Shown: piece after piece, positions 37,594 to 49,189 of the stretch | Layout of the letters: every line of letters begins with the position of its first letter | How positions within the stretch are numbered: the first letter of the stretch is position 1 | NCBI GenBank assembly: GCA_030390025.1 | Contig: JASTWF010000035.1 | Span: forward strand, 2,914,001 to 2,978,000 | DNA length: 64,000 nt | Reading direction: 5' to 3' | DNA from: Squalus acanthias | Taxonomy: Eukaryota | Notes under the pieces: model-generated | Told to the model about the DNA's origin: nothing | Databases searched by the model: none | Seen by the model: only the letters and a program-made list of their open reading frames with translations | Position numbers and translations under genes: made by a program

Positions 37594-40271
37594 CTACGTC
37601 ATGTAGCGTGACGTGAACCCAAGATCCCGGTTGAGGCTGTCCTCATGAGTGCGGAACTTGGCTATCAGTTTCTGCTCGATGATTTTGTGTTGTCGTGTGT
37701 CTCGAAGGCCGCCTTGGAGAACGCTTACCCGCAGATCCGAGGCTGAATGTCCTTGACTGCTGAAGTGTTCCCCGACTGGGAGGTAACAATCCTGCCTGGC
37801 AATTCTTGCGCGGTGTCCGTTCATACGTTGTCTCAGTGTCTGCATGGTCTCGCCGATGTACCATGCTCTGGTGCATCCTTTCCTGCAACGTATGAGGTAG
37901 ACAACGTTGGCCGAGTCACATGAGTATGTACCATGTACCTGGTGGGTAGTGTCCTCACGTGTGATGATGGTATCTGTGTTGATGATCTGGCATGTCTTGC
38001 AGAGGTTGCCGTGGCAGGGTTGTGTGGTGTCGTGATCGCTGTTATCCTGAAAGCTGGGTAATTTGCTGCGAACGATGGTACTTCTGAGGTTAGGCGGCTG
38101 TTTGAAGGCGAGTAGTGGAGGCGTGGGGATGGCCTTAGCGAGGTGTTCGTCGTCATCGATGACAAGTTGAAGGCTGCGAAGAACATGGCGTAGTTTCACC
38201 GCTCCGGGGAAGTACTGGACAACGTAGGGTACCCTGTTGGTTCTGTCCCGTGTTCGCCTTCTGAGGAGGTCTATGCGATTTTTCGCTGTGGCCCGTCGGA
38301 ACTGTCGATTGATGAGTCGAGCGTCATATCCCGTTCTTACGAGGGCGTCTTTCAGCGTCCGTAGGTGTCGATCGCGTTCCTCCTCGTCTGAGCAGATCCT
38401 GTGTATTCGCAGGGCTTGTCCATAGGGGATGGCTTCTTTAACGTGGTTAGGGTGGAAGCTGGAGAAGTGGAGCATCGTGAGGTTGTCCGTGGGCTTGCGG
38501 TAGAGTGAAGTGCTGAGGTGTCCGTCTTTGATGGAGATTCGTGTGTCCAGGAATGAAACCGATTCTGAGGAGTGGTCCATGGTGAGTTTGATGGTGGGAT
38601 GGAACTTGTTGATGTTATCGTGTAGTCTTTTCAGTGATCCTTCGCCATGGGTCCAAAGGAAGAAAATGTCGTCGATGTATCTGGTGTACAGCGTTGGCTG
38701 GAGGTCCTGTGCAGCGAAGAAGTCTTGCTCGAACTTGTGCATGAAGATGTTGGCATATTGGGGTGCGAATTTGGTCCCCATGGCTGTTCCGTGTGTTTGG
38801 GTAAAAAAATGGTTGTCGAAGGTGAAGACATTGTGGTCAAGGATGAAGCGGATGAGTTGTAGGATGGCGTCTGGAGATTGGCTGTTGTTGGTGTTGAGTA
38901 CTGAGGCTGTCGCAGCGATACCGTCATCGTGGGGGATACTGGTGTAGAGTGCCGATACGTCCATCGTGGCGAGGAGTGTTCCTGGTTCAACTGGTCCGTG
39001 GGTGCTGAGTTTCTGTAAGAAGTCTGTGGTGTCGCGGCAGAAGCTGGGGGTTCCCTGTACGATGGGTTTCAGGATGCCCTCGACGTATCCAGAGAGGTTC
39101 TCACACAGGGTTCCGTTGCCTGATACGATAGGACGTCCGGGTGTGTTGGCTTTTTGTATCTTTGGGAGGCAGTAGAAGTCTCTCACGCGGGGAGTACATG
39201 GGATGAGAGCGCGTAGGATGCTTTGAAGGTCTGGATCGAAGGTCTTGATCAGTCTATTGAGTTGGCGGGTGTGTTCTTTGGTCGGATCTGCGGGTAACTG
39301 TCTGTAGTGTTCCAGGTTGTCCAGTTGTCGGTATGCTTCTTTGCAATAGTCCATTCTGTTCTGTATGACGATGGCTCCTCCTTTGTCCGCTGGTTTGATG
39401 ACGATGTTGCGGTTGGTCTTGAGAGCGTGGATGGCATTGCGTTGTACTCGGGTGACATTCTGGACTGTCTTGTGAGTGCGGCTGATGAATCTGGCGTTGA
39501 TGCATCTCCTGACAGCTTGAGCATACATGTCAAGCTTAGGGCAGCGACCCTCCGGAGGGGTCCAATTTGACTCTTTCTTCTTCGGTTGCTGCACTGCGAG
39601 TCCCTCTGTCTGCTGTTCCGGATAATTGATTGTCTCATTGGGTTCGTTGCTGACATCTTGGGATTCGTGGAAGAATTCCCGGAAATTCATTCTCCTGATG
39701 AATTCCTCTGTGTCTGCCGCGAGACCGATGGGGTCCATTTTGGTGGTGGGGCAGAACTTGAGCCCTAGGGCGAGAACTTCGATTTCGTCTGGTTGAAGGG
39801 TGTGGTCGGACAAGTTGACGATGGACTTCCCTGTGGTAGCAACCATGGTACCGGGGGAGGCTTGGTTGCTGCTGGTGGTGATGCCGAGTTTCTCAAGCTT
39901 CCTGTTCTTGATGCGCATGTAGGCAGCGTAGTTCCGTTGCCTCGTCTGTTTGGCGGTGTCTCGTAGCTGGTCTGCTGTGTCCTGACCACAGGCTGAGAGC
40001 ATGGACTCTATCTTGGTTTTGAGGTTGCGCCGTTTGCTGTAGAGCTGGTGTACGAGATGGTTGAGGAGTGTGCGAGAGGTACGACGGCAGAGTCTCTCAG
40101 CGTAGTCTGTGTTGTATGTCGACTTGAGTGGGTTCGTGATCTGTAGTCCTTTCAGGATCTTGTCTGCTTTCTTGCATCTCTGTAGATACTTGATGTCTGT
40201 GTCAATATGCGCGATCTTCTTTGCGATTCTTCCACTTTGAGCCGGCAGTTTGTGGTGTCGATAGTGGCCAT
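37594..40271 (-). CDS. Penelope RT plus GIY-YIG endonuclease ORF
   Basis: IKPADKG, GRPIVS, DVSALYTSI, GTAMG, YIDD, PCHGNLCKTC, NVVYLIRC..YIGET. Likely true start ATGGCC at 40271, with a 1-nt frameshift ~40 nt in (inferred). Confidence 0.9.
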
Positions 40272-41229
40272 GATGCGGAGATGCCGGTGTTGGACTGGGG
40301 TGGACAAAAGTGAGAAGTCGCACAACACCAGCCTTCAACATGTCATCGATGACGACGAACACCTCGCTAAGGCCATCCCCACGCCTCCACTACTCGCCTT
40401 CAAACAGCCGCCTAACCTCAGAAGTACCATCGTTCGCAGCAAATTACCCAGCTTTCAGGATAACAGCGACCACGACGCCACACAACCCTGCCACGGCAAC
40501 CTCTGCAAGACATGCCAGATTATCAACACAGATACCATCATCACACGTGAGGACACTACCCACCAGGTACATGGTACATACTCATGTGACTCGGCCAACA
40601 TTGTCTACCTCATGTGTTGCAGGAAAGGATGCACCAGAGCATGGTACATCGGCGAGACCATGCAGACACTGAGACAACGTATGAACGGACACTGCGCAAC
40701 AATTGCCAGGCAGGATTGTTACCTCCCAGTCGGGGAACACTTCAGCAGTCAAGGACATTCAGCCTCGGATCTGCGGGTAAGCGTTCTCCAAGGCGGCCTT
40801 CGAGACACACGACAACGCAAAATCATCGAGCAGAAACTGATAGCCAAGTTCCGCACTCATGAGGACAGCCTCAACCGGGATCTTGGGTTCATGTCATGCT
40901 ACATGACGTAGAGTCATCCAGACTCGAGTCGTCGTTGGCTTGTTCACAGATGTGATTTCCAGTAAAAAAAAAGTTAAAATTTTAAAGTTTATGGTTTTCC
41001 ATACAGACTGCAGCATTTGACACATTAGACCCCCTGTGACCCCACCTCATTGTCTCAGTTGTATCTTGCTATGTCTTTGATGTGGTGCCTTCCTGGCTGA
41101 CCTGATTGTTTCTCTGCCGAGGTGTGACGAAAGGCAGTCAGAAGGATTAAATGTAGTCGTCTGACATTGTACGCTACACATGCATTGTTCTCTGTCTATA
41201 TATGCTTTGCCAATTCGTATTCCTTCACT

Positions 41230-41267
41230 TCACCTGACGAAGGGGCAGCAGCTCCGAAAGCTTGTGA
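41230..41267 (+). ncRNA. Minimal type I hammerhead ribozyme
   Basis: Same motif in the inverted pLTR. Confidence 0.85.
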
Positions 41268-41381
41268 TTGCAAATAAAACTGTTGGACTATAACTTGGTG
41301 TTGTGCGACTTCTCACTTTTGTCCACCCCAGTCCAACACCGGCATCTCTGCATCCTTTAGATAGTACACACTGCAGCCACG

Positions 41382-42179
41382 GATTAAGAAGGCAAATGGA
41401 ATGTTGGCTTTCATTGCTAGGGGGATAGAATATAAAAATAGGGAGGTATTGCTTCAGTTGTACAAGGTATTGGTGAGACCGCACCTGGAATACTGCATAC
41501 AGTTTTGGTGTCCTTACTTAAGGAAAGATATCCTTGCTCTCGAGGCAGTGCAAAAAAGGTTCACTCGGTTAATCCCGGGGATGAGGGGGTGGTCATATGA
41601 GGAGAGGTTGGGTAGATTGGGACTCTACTCATTGGAGTTCAGAAGAATGAGAGGCGATCTTATTGAAACATATAAGATTGTGAAGGGGTTGGATCGGGTG
41701 GATGCGGGGAGGATGTTCCCTATGACGGGTGAGACTAGAACTAGGGGACATAGTCTTAGAATAAGAGGCTGCTCTTTCAAAACTGAGATGAGGAGGAACT
41801 ACTTCACTCAGAGGGTGGTAGGTCCATGGAATATGCTGCCACAAAAAGCTGTAGAAGCTACATCATTAAATAAATTTAAAACAGAAATAGACAGTTTCCT
41901 AGAAGTAAAGGGCATTAAGGGTTACGGGGAGCGGGCAGGAATTTGGACATGAGTCTAGGTTCGGATCGGTCATGGCCCTGTGGGTAGTGGAGCGGGCCCA
42001 GGGGCCGTGTAGCCTGATTCTGCTCCTATTTCGTGTGTGCAATTCTGTTAGATGCAGGAGATGGTTCTGTGATAGTAGATTGGCGGTTAGGATCAGTTCA
42101 GCCATGATCTTATTGAATGGCGGAGCAGGCTCGAGGGGCCGATTGGCCTACTCCTGCTCCTATTTCTTATGTTCTTATG
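41382..42179 (+). mobile_element. Young CR1 3' fragment, near-identical to 33362-34160
   Basis: ORF 41401-41952 differs from the 33593-35119 C-terminus at two residues. Confidence 0.93.
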
Positions 42180-42985
42180 GTGGTAGAGGGAGTGGAGGGA
42201 CGAAATGTTTAGGCTAAATATTTCCTATTGCTGATCTTTGGTTCTATTTTCTAATTTTTCTTTCCTTTTAATCTGAACAAGGTCCCTTTTTATCTCCGTG
42301 TAATGTGCCACTATTCTCAAATGACCACCTCCCTACCTTTGGGTCTCCTATTTCCTCAGCTTCATTACCCACAGCCAGATTAAGTAATGCTTCCTTCCTG
42401 GTTGGAATAGGACCATATTGGCTGAGAAAACTGTCTTGAACAAACTCCAGAAAAGACTCCACTTTCTTACCACAAACATCTACCCCTGCCCTTTTTAGAT
42501 ATTGCCTCTAATTAATACCACTCCCTCCTCCCTTTCGTCCTTCCTTATCCCACCAGAAAGTTTTATAAACTGGAATATTTAATTGTCAATTCTGATCCAT
42601 CTGCAGCCCAGCAATTTCACTTGCATCAAGAAATCACAGCCCAATCCACATGACTATTACTCTGACTGTGAACATTAATTTCAGATAGGCAGTCTCAAGT
42701 AGCGGCTAATAGACTCAAGTGTTACAGGAACACATTCCTCTGTCCAAACTTGATAGTCTCATTTGCTAATCTAGTGTATATAGCAGCTTGAGTCATTCAG
42801 TTTGTTCAGAGGCTGCTACTTTGGGCGAACAGTACTCCAAGACATCTTGGAGCAGCCCACACACCTTTACCAAGTGCTTCTATCTCAAGTTTAACTGCTT
42901 AGAAAGATGTGTGGTTTGGCAGAGCAGAGTCCACCCTTGATGGATGCCCTGTCTTTGGGTACGAATGTGTGAGAGTTTTCCATAG

Positions 42986-43118
42986 TATGTTGAGTGTGAC
43001 CTAAAGCAGAAAACTGAAATACGTTCTGGTGCTTTGGCCTCATTCTTCAGGAGGACGTTATCCTCCATATTGTTTGCCCTTTTCCCTGTTGGTGGTTATT
43101 TAATTTATGTTTTCCTCG
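42986..43118 (+). CDS. Possible host exon (gene A), phase 0-1
   Basis: Weak acceptor ttttccatag| and strong donor CTCG|gtgagt; open YVECDLKQKTEIRSGALASFFRRTLSSILFALFPVGGYLIYVFL. Confidence 0.35.
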
Positions 43119-43641
43119 GTGAGTATAAGAATGAATCTAGAGATCTCTTCACATAGCCTCCTGCTTCGATTAAACAGGGACAAAGATGATGTAGCAAGGA
43201 ACGGTGTTAAAAACTCCCATGATTCTGGTTGAATTCTGATTAAGACAAAAGTCCTTTGATATTCATAGTTGAATACTGGACCATGGTTGGTACCTTTGTT
43301 TGAAGGCTGATGATGACACCTAGAGGTGACTCACTTTTATACACGTACCACTGAATTCCCTTGTGCCAGGTGTTAGACTCCGGCCCTCAGTCCAATAAGA
43401 CTGCAGTTCTTCAGGTCCTTAAAGATTGTGAGTGAAACCCAAGCATTCCTGTGGAGCCTTTCATCTTCTTCCTTTAAGTTGATAATACTGAAACTTTCTG
43501 GAGACTCCCTTTAGGATTTGCAGTATCCTGACACAGATTCCACTCAGTACACTGCTTTATATAGGTAGAGAACTCCTGCTTAAATCTCTATTACTTTGCC
43601 TTTCTCCTGACTAGTTATTCAGTTTGTTATTCTCTCCACAG

Positions 43642-43706
43642 ATTTTTTACACCTACGTCTTAACCATGATGACTCCATACCAAGTATTGAGATCAGAGCC
43701 CAATGA
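43642..43706 (+). CDS. Putative terminal coding exon (gene A)
   Basis: Acceptor ttgttattctctccacag|; phase 1: (D)FLHLRLNHDDSIPSIEIRAQ*. Confidence 0.5.
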
Positions 43707-44095
43707 AGCATGTGGAAGAAGCACTGATACAGAGTAGAGTTTGTGATGTGCTGTGGTGAGACAGGCCCCTGGACATTGGAATATTAGCACAGATTTGACC
43801 GTCCATCTATCCAGACACAAAAACTAATACCACTCCATCATCCACGTCCTCAAACAGCCATCCAATCCCGCTGGACATTTTCCCAAACTAGTTGCATCCA
43901 TACTAGAATGGCTAGCAAAGAATTTCATAACTCTGCATGTGTGTTTTCAGAAATATTGGTTACTAGTGTAAAGTGGTGGTGAGTGGATCTTCCAAGTGTA
44001 TATAAATTATATTAATATTCAACCTTACATTCTAATATACTCAGTAATTAAACCAGTTGTTAAATAGGATAAATTAGTTACTGTTATTTAATTAC

Positions 44096-44150
44096 AATAA
44101 ATTATTGACATGTTTTGTCACTGGTGTTTGCCTATTTTCTGTTGTGATTT
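44096..44150 (+). terminator. Putative polyadenylation signal
   Basis: AATAAA at 44096-44101 followed by a GT/T-rich downstream tract. Confidence 0.45.
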
Positions 44151-44907
44151 GTGTAATACCAGTTCCTGGTTATACATCTAGATATGGGGGAGAACCGTCT
44201 GTGCTGTTATAAAAGCACCATGTAAACCAGAGGGCCCCAGGCTTCATCACCAGGTAATGTCAGCCAGGATGAAACTAGTCCAGTGCAATTATACTCAGTG
44301 CACCCGAGCTGGGAAGGGGCAAACGCCACCTGGGTCCTGCCCCTAATGTAAGACTGTTGAACATGGTGTTGAGCTCCTCAGTGTATCAGACCACCTGCTG
44401 ACCAAAACAAAGTGCAGGTATGGGCATTACAAATATGGGCTCAGCTGTTCCTCTCCACCCCGCTGGTGTAAGCATCACTGGTTTAGAGAACATCCGGGAC
44501 AGCAGGGTGCATGGATGAACATAAAATCCCAAACAGAACTGCAAGAAACTGTACACAACCACAGTACCTTTAATATACTCAAACATTTCACCGTGCTTCA
44601 CAACAGGATGAAGAACAAACACCGAGCAGGAGTTGATCATCTTTGTATGAAGAAGAGTTTCCTCGTACCTAAAAGTATACTTTTCTAGTTTCAACCTGTG
44701 TCCTCTTGTTCTGCTTTAAAGTAATCTGGGTAAACATTTTCTGTACATCCTTAACAACCTTATTTACCTCTATGAGATCACTTCTAAGTCACCTAATTTC
44801 CAGACTGAAAATTTCAAGTCTTTCCTCATAACTCAGTCCTGTGACACTGGGGATCAGCCTAATGGTTGTTTTCTGCACTGCCTCCAGAACTTGAATCTGA
44901 TGTTTAC

Positions 44908-47090
44908 CTGGGTGTGTGCTGCGTGGGAGGGTATTTGCTGTACGGGAGGGTTTTTGCTGCATGGCTGGGTGTGTGCTGCATGGCTTAGGATTTGCTGCAT
45001 GGCTGGGTGGGTGCTGCATGGCTGGGGATTTGCTGTATGGCTGGGTTGGTGCTGCAAGGCTGGGTGTGTGCTGCATGGCTGGGTGGGTGCTGCATGGCTG
45101 GGGATTTGCTGCGTAGCTGGGTTGGTGCTGCATGGCTGGGGATTAGCTGATTGGCTGGGTGTGTGCTGCATGGCTGGGGATCTGCTGCATGGCTGGTGGG
45201 TGCTGCATGGCTGGGGATTTGCTGATTGGCTGGGTGTGTGCTGCATGGCTGGGTGTGTGCTGCATGGCTGGGGATTTGCTGCATGGCTTGGTGGGTGCTG
45301 CATGGCTGGGGATTTGCTGCATGGCTTGGTGGGTGCTGCATGGCTGGGGGTTTGCTGCATGGCTTGGTGGGTGCTGCATGGCTGGGGATTTGCCGGTTAG
45401 CCTAACATCAGTAGTAGGGAAAATGCTAGAGTATTATAAAGGATGTGATAACAGGACACTTAGAAAATATCAACAGGATTAGACAATGTCAACATGGATT
45501 TATGAAAGGGAAATCGTGTTTGACAAACCTACTGGAGTTTTTTGAGGATGTAACTGGTAGAATACATAAGGGAGAACCAGTGGATGTGGTGTATTTGGAT
45601 TTTCAGATAAAGTCCCACATAAGAGGTTAGTGTGCAAAATTAAAGCACATGGGATTGGGGGTAATATACTGGCATGGATTGAAAATTGATTAACAGACAG
45701 GAAACAGAGAGTAGGAATAAATGGGTCTTTTTCGGGGTGGCAGGCGGGGACTAGTGGGGTACCGCAGGGATTAGTGCTTGGGCCCCAGCTATTCACAATG
45801 ATTTGGATGAGGGAACCAAATGTAATACTTCCAAGTTTGCTGATGACACAAAACTAGGTGGGATTATGAGTTGTGAGGAGGATGCAAAGAGGCTTCAAGG
45901 CGATTTAGACAAGTTGAGTGAGTGGGCAAATACATGGCAGATGCAGTATAACGTGGATAAATGTGAAGTTATCCACTTCGGTAGAAAAAACAAAGGTAAA
46001 GTATTTAAATGGTGCTAGATTGGGAAATGCTGATGTACAAAGGGACCTGGGTGTCCTTGTACACTAGTCACTGAAAGCAAACATGCAGATTAAGCAAGCA
46101 GTTAGGAAGGCAAATGGTATGTTAGCCTTCATTGCAAGAGGATTTGAGTACAGGAGCAAGGATGTCTTACTACAGTTGTACAGGGCCTTGGTGAGACCAC
46201 ACCTGGAGTACTGTGTGCATTTTTGGTGTCCTTACCTGAGAAAGGATATACTTACCATAGAGGCATTTGCTGCAGGACTGGGTGTATGCTGCATGGCTGG
46301 GGATTTGCTGCATGGCTGGGGTGTGCTGCATGACTGTGGGGGTGCTGCATGGCTGTGGATTTGCTGCTTGGCTGAGTGTGTGCTGCATGGCTGTGGATTC
46401 ACTGCTTGGCTGCTGATTTGCTGCTTGTCTGGGTGTGTGCTGCGTGGCTGTGGATTTGCTGCATGGCTGGGTGTGTGCTGCATAGCTGGGGATTTGCTGC
46501 ATGGCTGCGTATGTGCTGCTTGGCTGGGGATCTGCTTCATGGCTGGATGTGTGCTGGGTGGCTGCATGGCTGTGTATGCTGCATGGCTGGGTGGCTTCAT
46601 GCTGCATGGCTGGGTGTATGCAGCATGGTTGGGGTTTTGCTGCATGGATGGGGCTGTGCTGCATGGCTGGGGTGTGCTGCTTGACTGGGGTGTGCTGCAT
46701 GACTGGGGGTGCTGCATGGCTGGGGATTTGCTGCTTGGCTGGGTGTGTGCTGCATGGCTGGGGATTTGCTGCTTGGCTGGGTGTGTGCTGCCTGGCTGGG
46801 GATTTGCTGCATGGCTAGGTCTGTGCTGCATAGCTGATGATTTCCTGCATGGCTGGGTGTGTGCTGCATAGCTGGGGATTTGCTGCATGACTGGGTGTGT
46901 GCTGGGTGGCTGCATGGCTGGGAATTTTGCTGCATGACTGGGGATTTGCTGCATGGCTGGGGATTTGTTGCATGGCTGGGTGTGTGCTGCAAGGCTGGGG
47001 GTTTGCTGCTTGGCTGGGTCTGTGCTGCATGGCTGGGGATTTCCTGCATGGCTGGGTGTGTGCTGCATGGCTGGTGATTTGCAGCATGGC
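44908..47090. repeat. GCTGCATGGCTGGG-based minisatellite in two blocks around a CR1 fragment (45393-46265)
   Basis: Alternating ~19-20-bp variants (..gggatttgctgcatggct / ..gggtgtgtgctgcatggct); CR1 RT motifs lie between the blocks. Confidence 0.92.
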
Positions 47091-47229
47091 GGGGGGCGGT
47101 CCAGGCTCCGAGCCGCGCGCTGCGCGGTTTTGTGCAGGCGGCGCGCGGAGTTTTTCAGCCAATCAGCTGGCGGATCAGGATTGGCGGCAAATCCGATTCA
47201 AACCGCATCGCGCGAGAGTCGGCGGTTAG

Positions 47230-47630
47230 AGTGAGGGAAAGAGATAGAGAGATAGAGAGGGATAGAGAGATAGAGAGAGAGATATATATATAGATAGATA
47301 GAGAGAGAGAGGGAGGGATAGAGAGACAGATAGAGAGACAGATAGAGAGAGAGAGATACATAGAGAGATAGAGAGAGAGAGAGAGAGACAGAGAGAGAGG
47401 GATAGAGAGAGTGAGAGAGAGATATATATATAGATAGATAGAGAGAGAGAGAGAGAGGGAGGGATAGAGAGACAGATAGAGAGAGAGAGATACATAGAGA
47501 GATAGATAGAGAGAGAGAGAGAGACATAGAGAGAGAGAGAGACAGAGAGAGAGAGGGATAGAGAGAGTGAGAGAGGGATGGAGAGATAGATAGAGATAGA
47601 GAGAGACATAGAGAGAGAGATAGAGAGAGT

Positions 47631-47661
<31 letters not shown>

Positions 47662-48800
47662 TGATAGAGAGACAGAGAGAGATAGAGAGAGACAGAGAGA
47701 GATTGAGAGAGAGGGATAGAGAGAGAGGGATAGAGAGAAACAGAGAGAGAGAGAGAGGGAGGGAGGGAAAGAGAGAGAGAGAGAGGGAGGGAGGGAAAGA
47801 GAGAGAGAGAGGGAGGGAGGGAAAGAGAGAGAGTGAGAGGGAGGGATACAGAGGAAAGGGTAGAGAGAAGGACAAAGATGGAGGGATAGCGAGAAGGGAG
47901 CAGAGAAAGGGGGATAGGGAGGGAGAGGAGGGAAAGGTGGACAGAAGGATAAAGGAGAGATAGAAAAATAGGTAGGGATAGAGAGAGTGAGGAGGTATAG
48001 AGGGAGGGGGATAGGGACAGGGATAGAGGCTGAGTGAAGAGAGGGAGTTGGGGAATAGAGATAGGGGAGAAAGTGGGTGGGATAGAGAGGGCGACAGAGA
48101 AAGGGACCTATTGAGCTGGGTGCAGAAAGCAAGGGATAGATTGGGATCGGGAGGGGGTTAGAGAGACGGATAGATGGGAGAAGGGCCAGAAAGGGTGGAT
48201 ATAGTTGGGAGAAAGCAGGGGATAGTTACAGGGAATGAGAAACATAGACAGGGATAGAGAAGGGACAAGCCAGATAGTGAAATAGAGAGCAATATAGATA
48301 GTGGGATAGAGAAGGATAGAGGGATTGAGAGAGATCAATAGAGTGAGGCATAGAGCGTGAGCAATAGAGGAATAAAAGACAGGAGGATTAGAGAGAGTCA
48401 GGAGAGATGGTGCGGGAGAAATAGTGCAGTAGAGATAGAGGGAGACATGGAAATATAAAGGGATAGAGACAGTGCTGGATGGGGTGAGAGTTAAGAAGAT
48501 AGGGAAAGAATGGGGGGAGAAGGGGATATTGTTATGAGGATATAGAAATAAAGGGCGAGGAGGAAATAAGAAGAATAAAGAGATAGAGAGATTGACCAGG
48601 GACAGAGAGAGGGGCTAGAGGGATAGAGACCGAGGGACAGTGTGACAGATGTAGAAATAGGGTAGAGAGTGATAAGGATAAAGGAAGAGATAGAGAGATT
48701 GAGAAAAGAAGAGAAACAATAAAAGGAACGAGGCAAAACTGGAGAAAGGAAGTGAGAGATAGAGAAATACAAACTTTACAATGGGGAAGAGCAAGGAAGA
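47230..48800. repeat. (GA)/(GATA)-rich polypurine tract, degenerating rightwards
   Basis: Directly visible. Confidence 0.93.
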
Positions 48801-48921
48801 ACCAAGACAAAACAAGAACTAAGAAATTGGAAAAAGAAAAACTGATAAAAGGAAACTGGAAGGAGAGAAAATAGTTACCTGAGAAGATTAAAACTGTTTC
48901 AGGTTATCTTAATAGTTTCAA

Positions 48922-49135
48922 ATGTTTATTAGAGGTATAATTGTGATTTTAGGGATTTGGTCCCAGGTTGTAATCTCACCACCTCTAAATAAAGAGACAG
49001 TTGCTGATGCTTCACTTATAAGCCAAAAGAAAGTGTTTAAAGCTGCATCTGATCTGAAAATAACAAAGACATTCCCAGGAACACAGTTGTTCCCTGACCT
49101 TCAGCGTAACCAAAATGGATATCAAGCACAACCAG
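48922..49135 (+). CDS. Putative first coding exon of gene B (signal peptide)
   Basis: MFIRGIIVILGIWSQVVIS-PPLNK...NGYQAQP in unique sequence; donor CCAG|gtaaaa, phase 1; possible acceptor tgtttcag| at ~48902. Confidence 0.55.
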
Positions 49136-49189
49136 GTAAAAGGAAGCAACTTTACCCATTTTACCTTTCTTGGGACAAATACCACATGG

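Larger units (their letters stand above)
37186..41349. mobile_element. Penelope-like element (Neptune-like): full copy on -, 5'-truncated inverted copy on +
   Basis: 14-bp TSD GCATCCTTTAGATA (37172-37185, 41350-41363); ~1-kb inverted arms ~37186-38178 and ~40331-41320. Confidence 0.93.

Noticed and set aside
40272..40362. N-terminal extension of the 922-aa Penelope ORF
   Set aside because: Reads across the inversion junction and pLTR; not the native start.
44789..48132. Cys/Trp-rich, Gln/Pro-rich and Ser/Leu-rich ORFs
   Set aside because: Minisatellite and GA-repeat translations.
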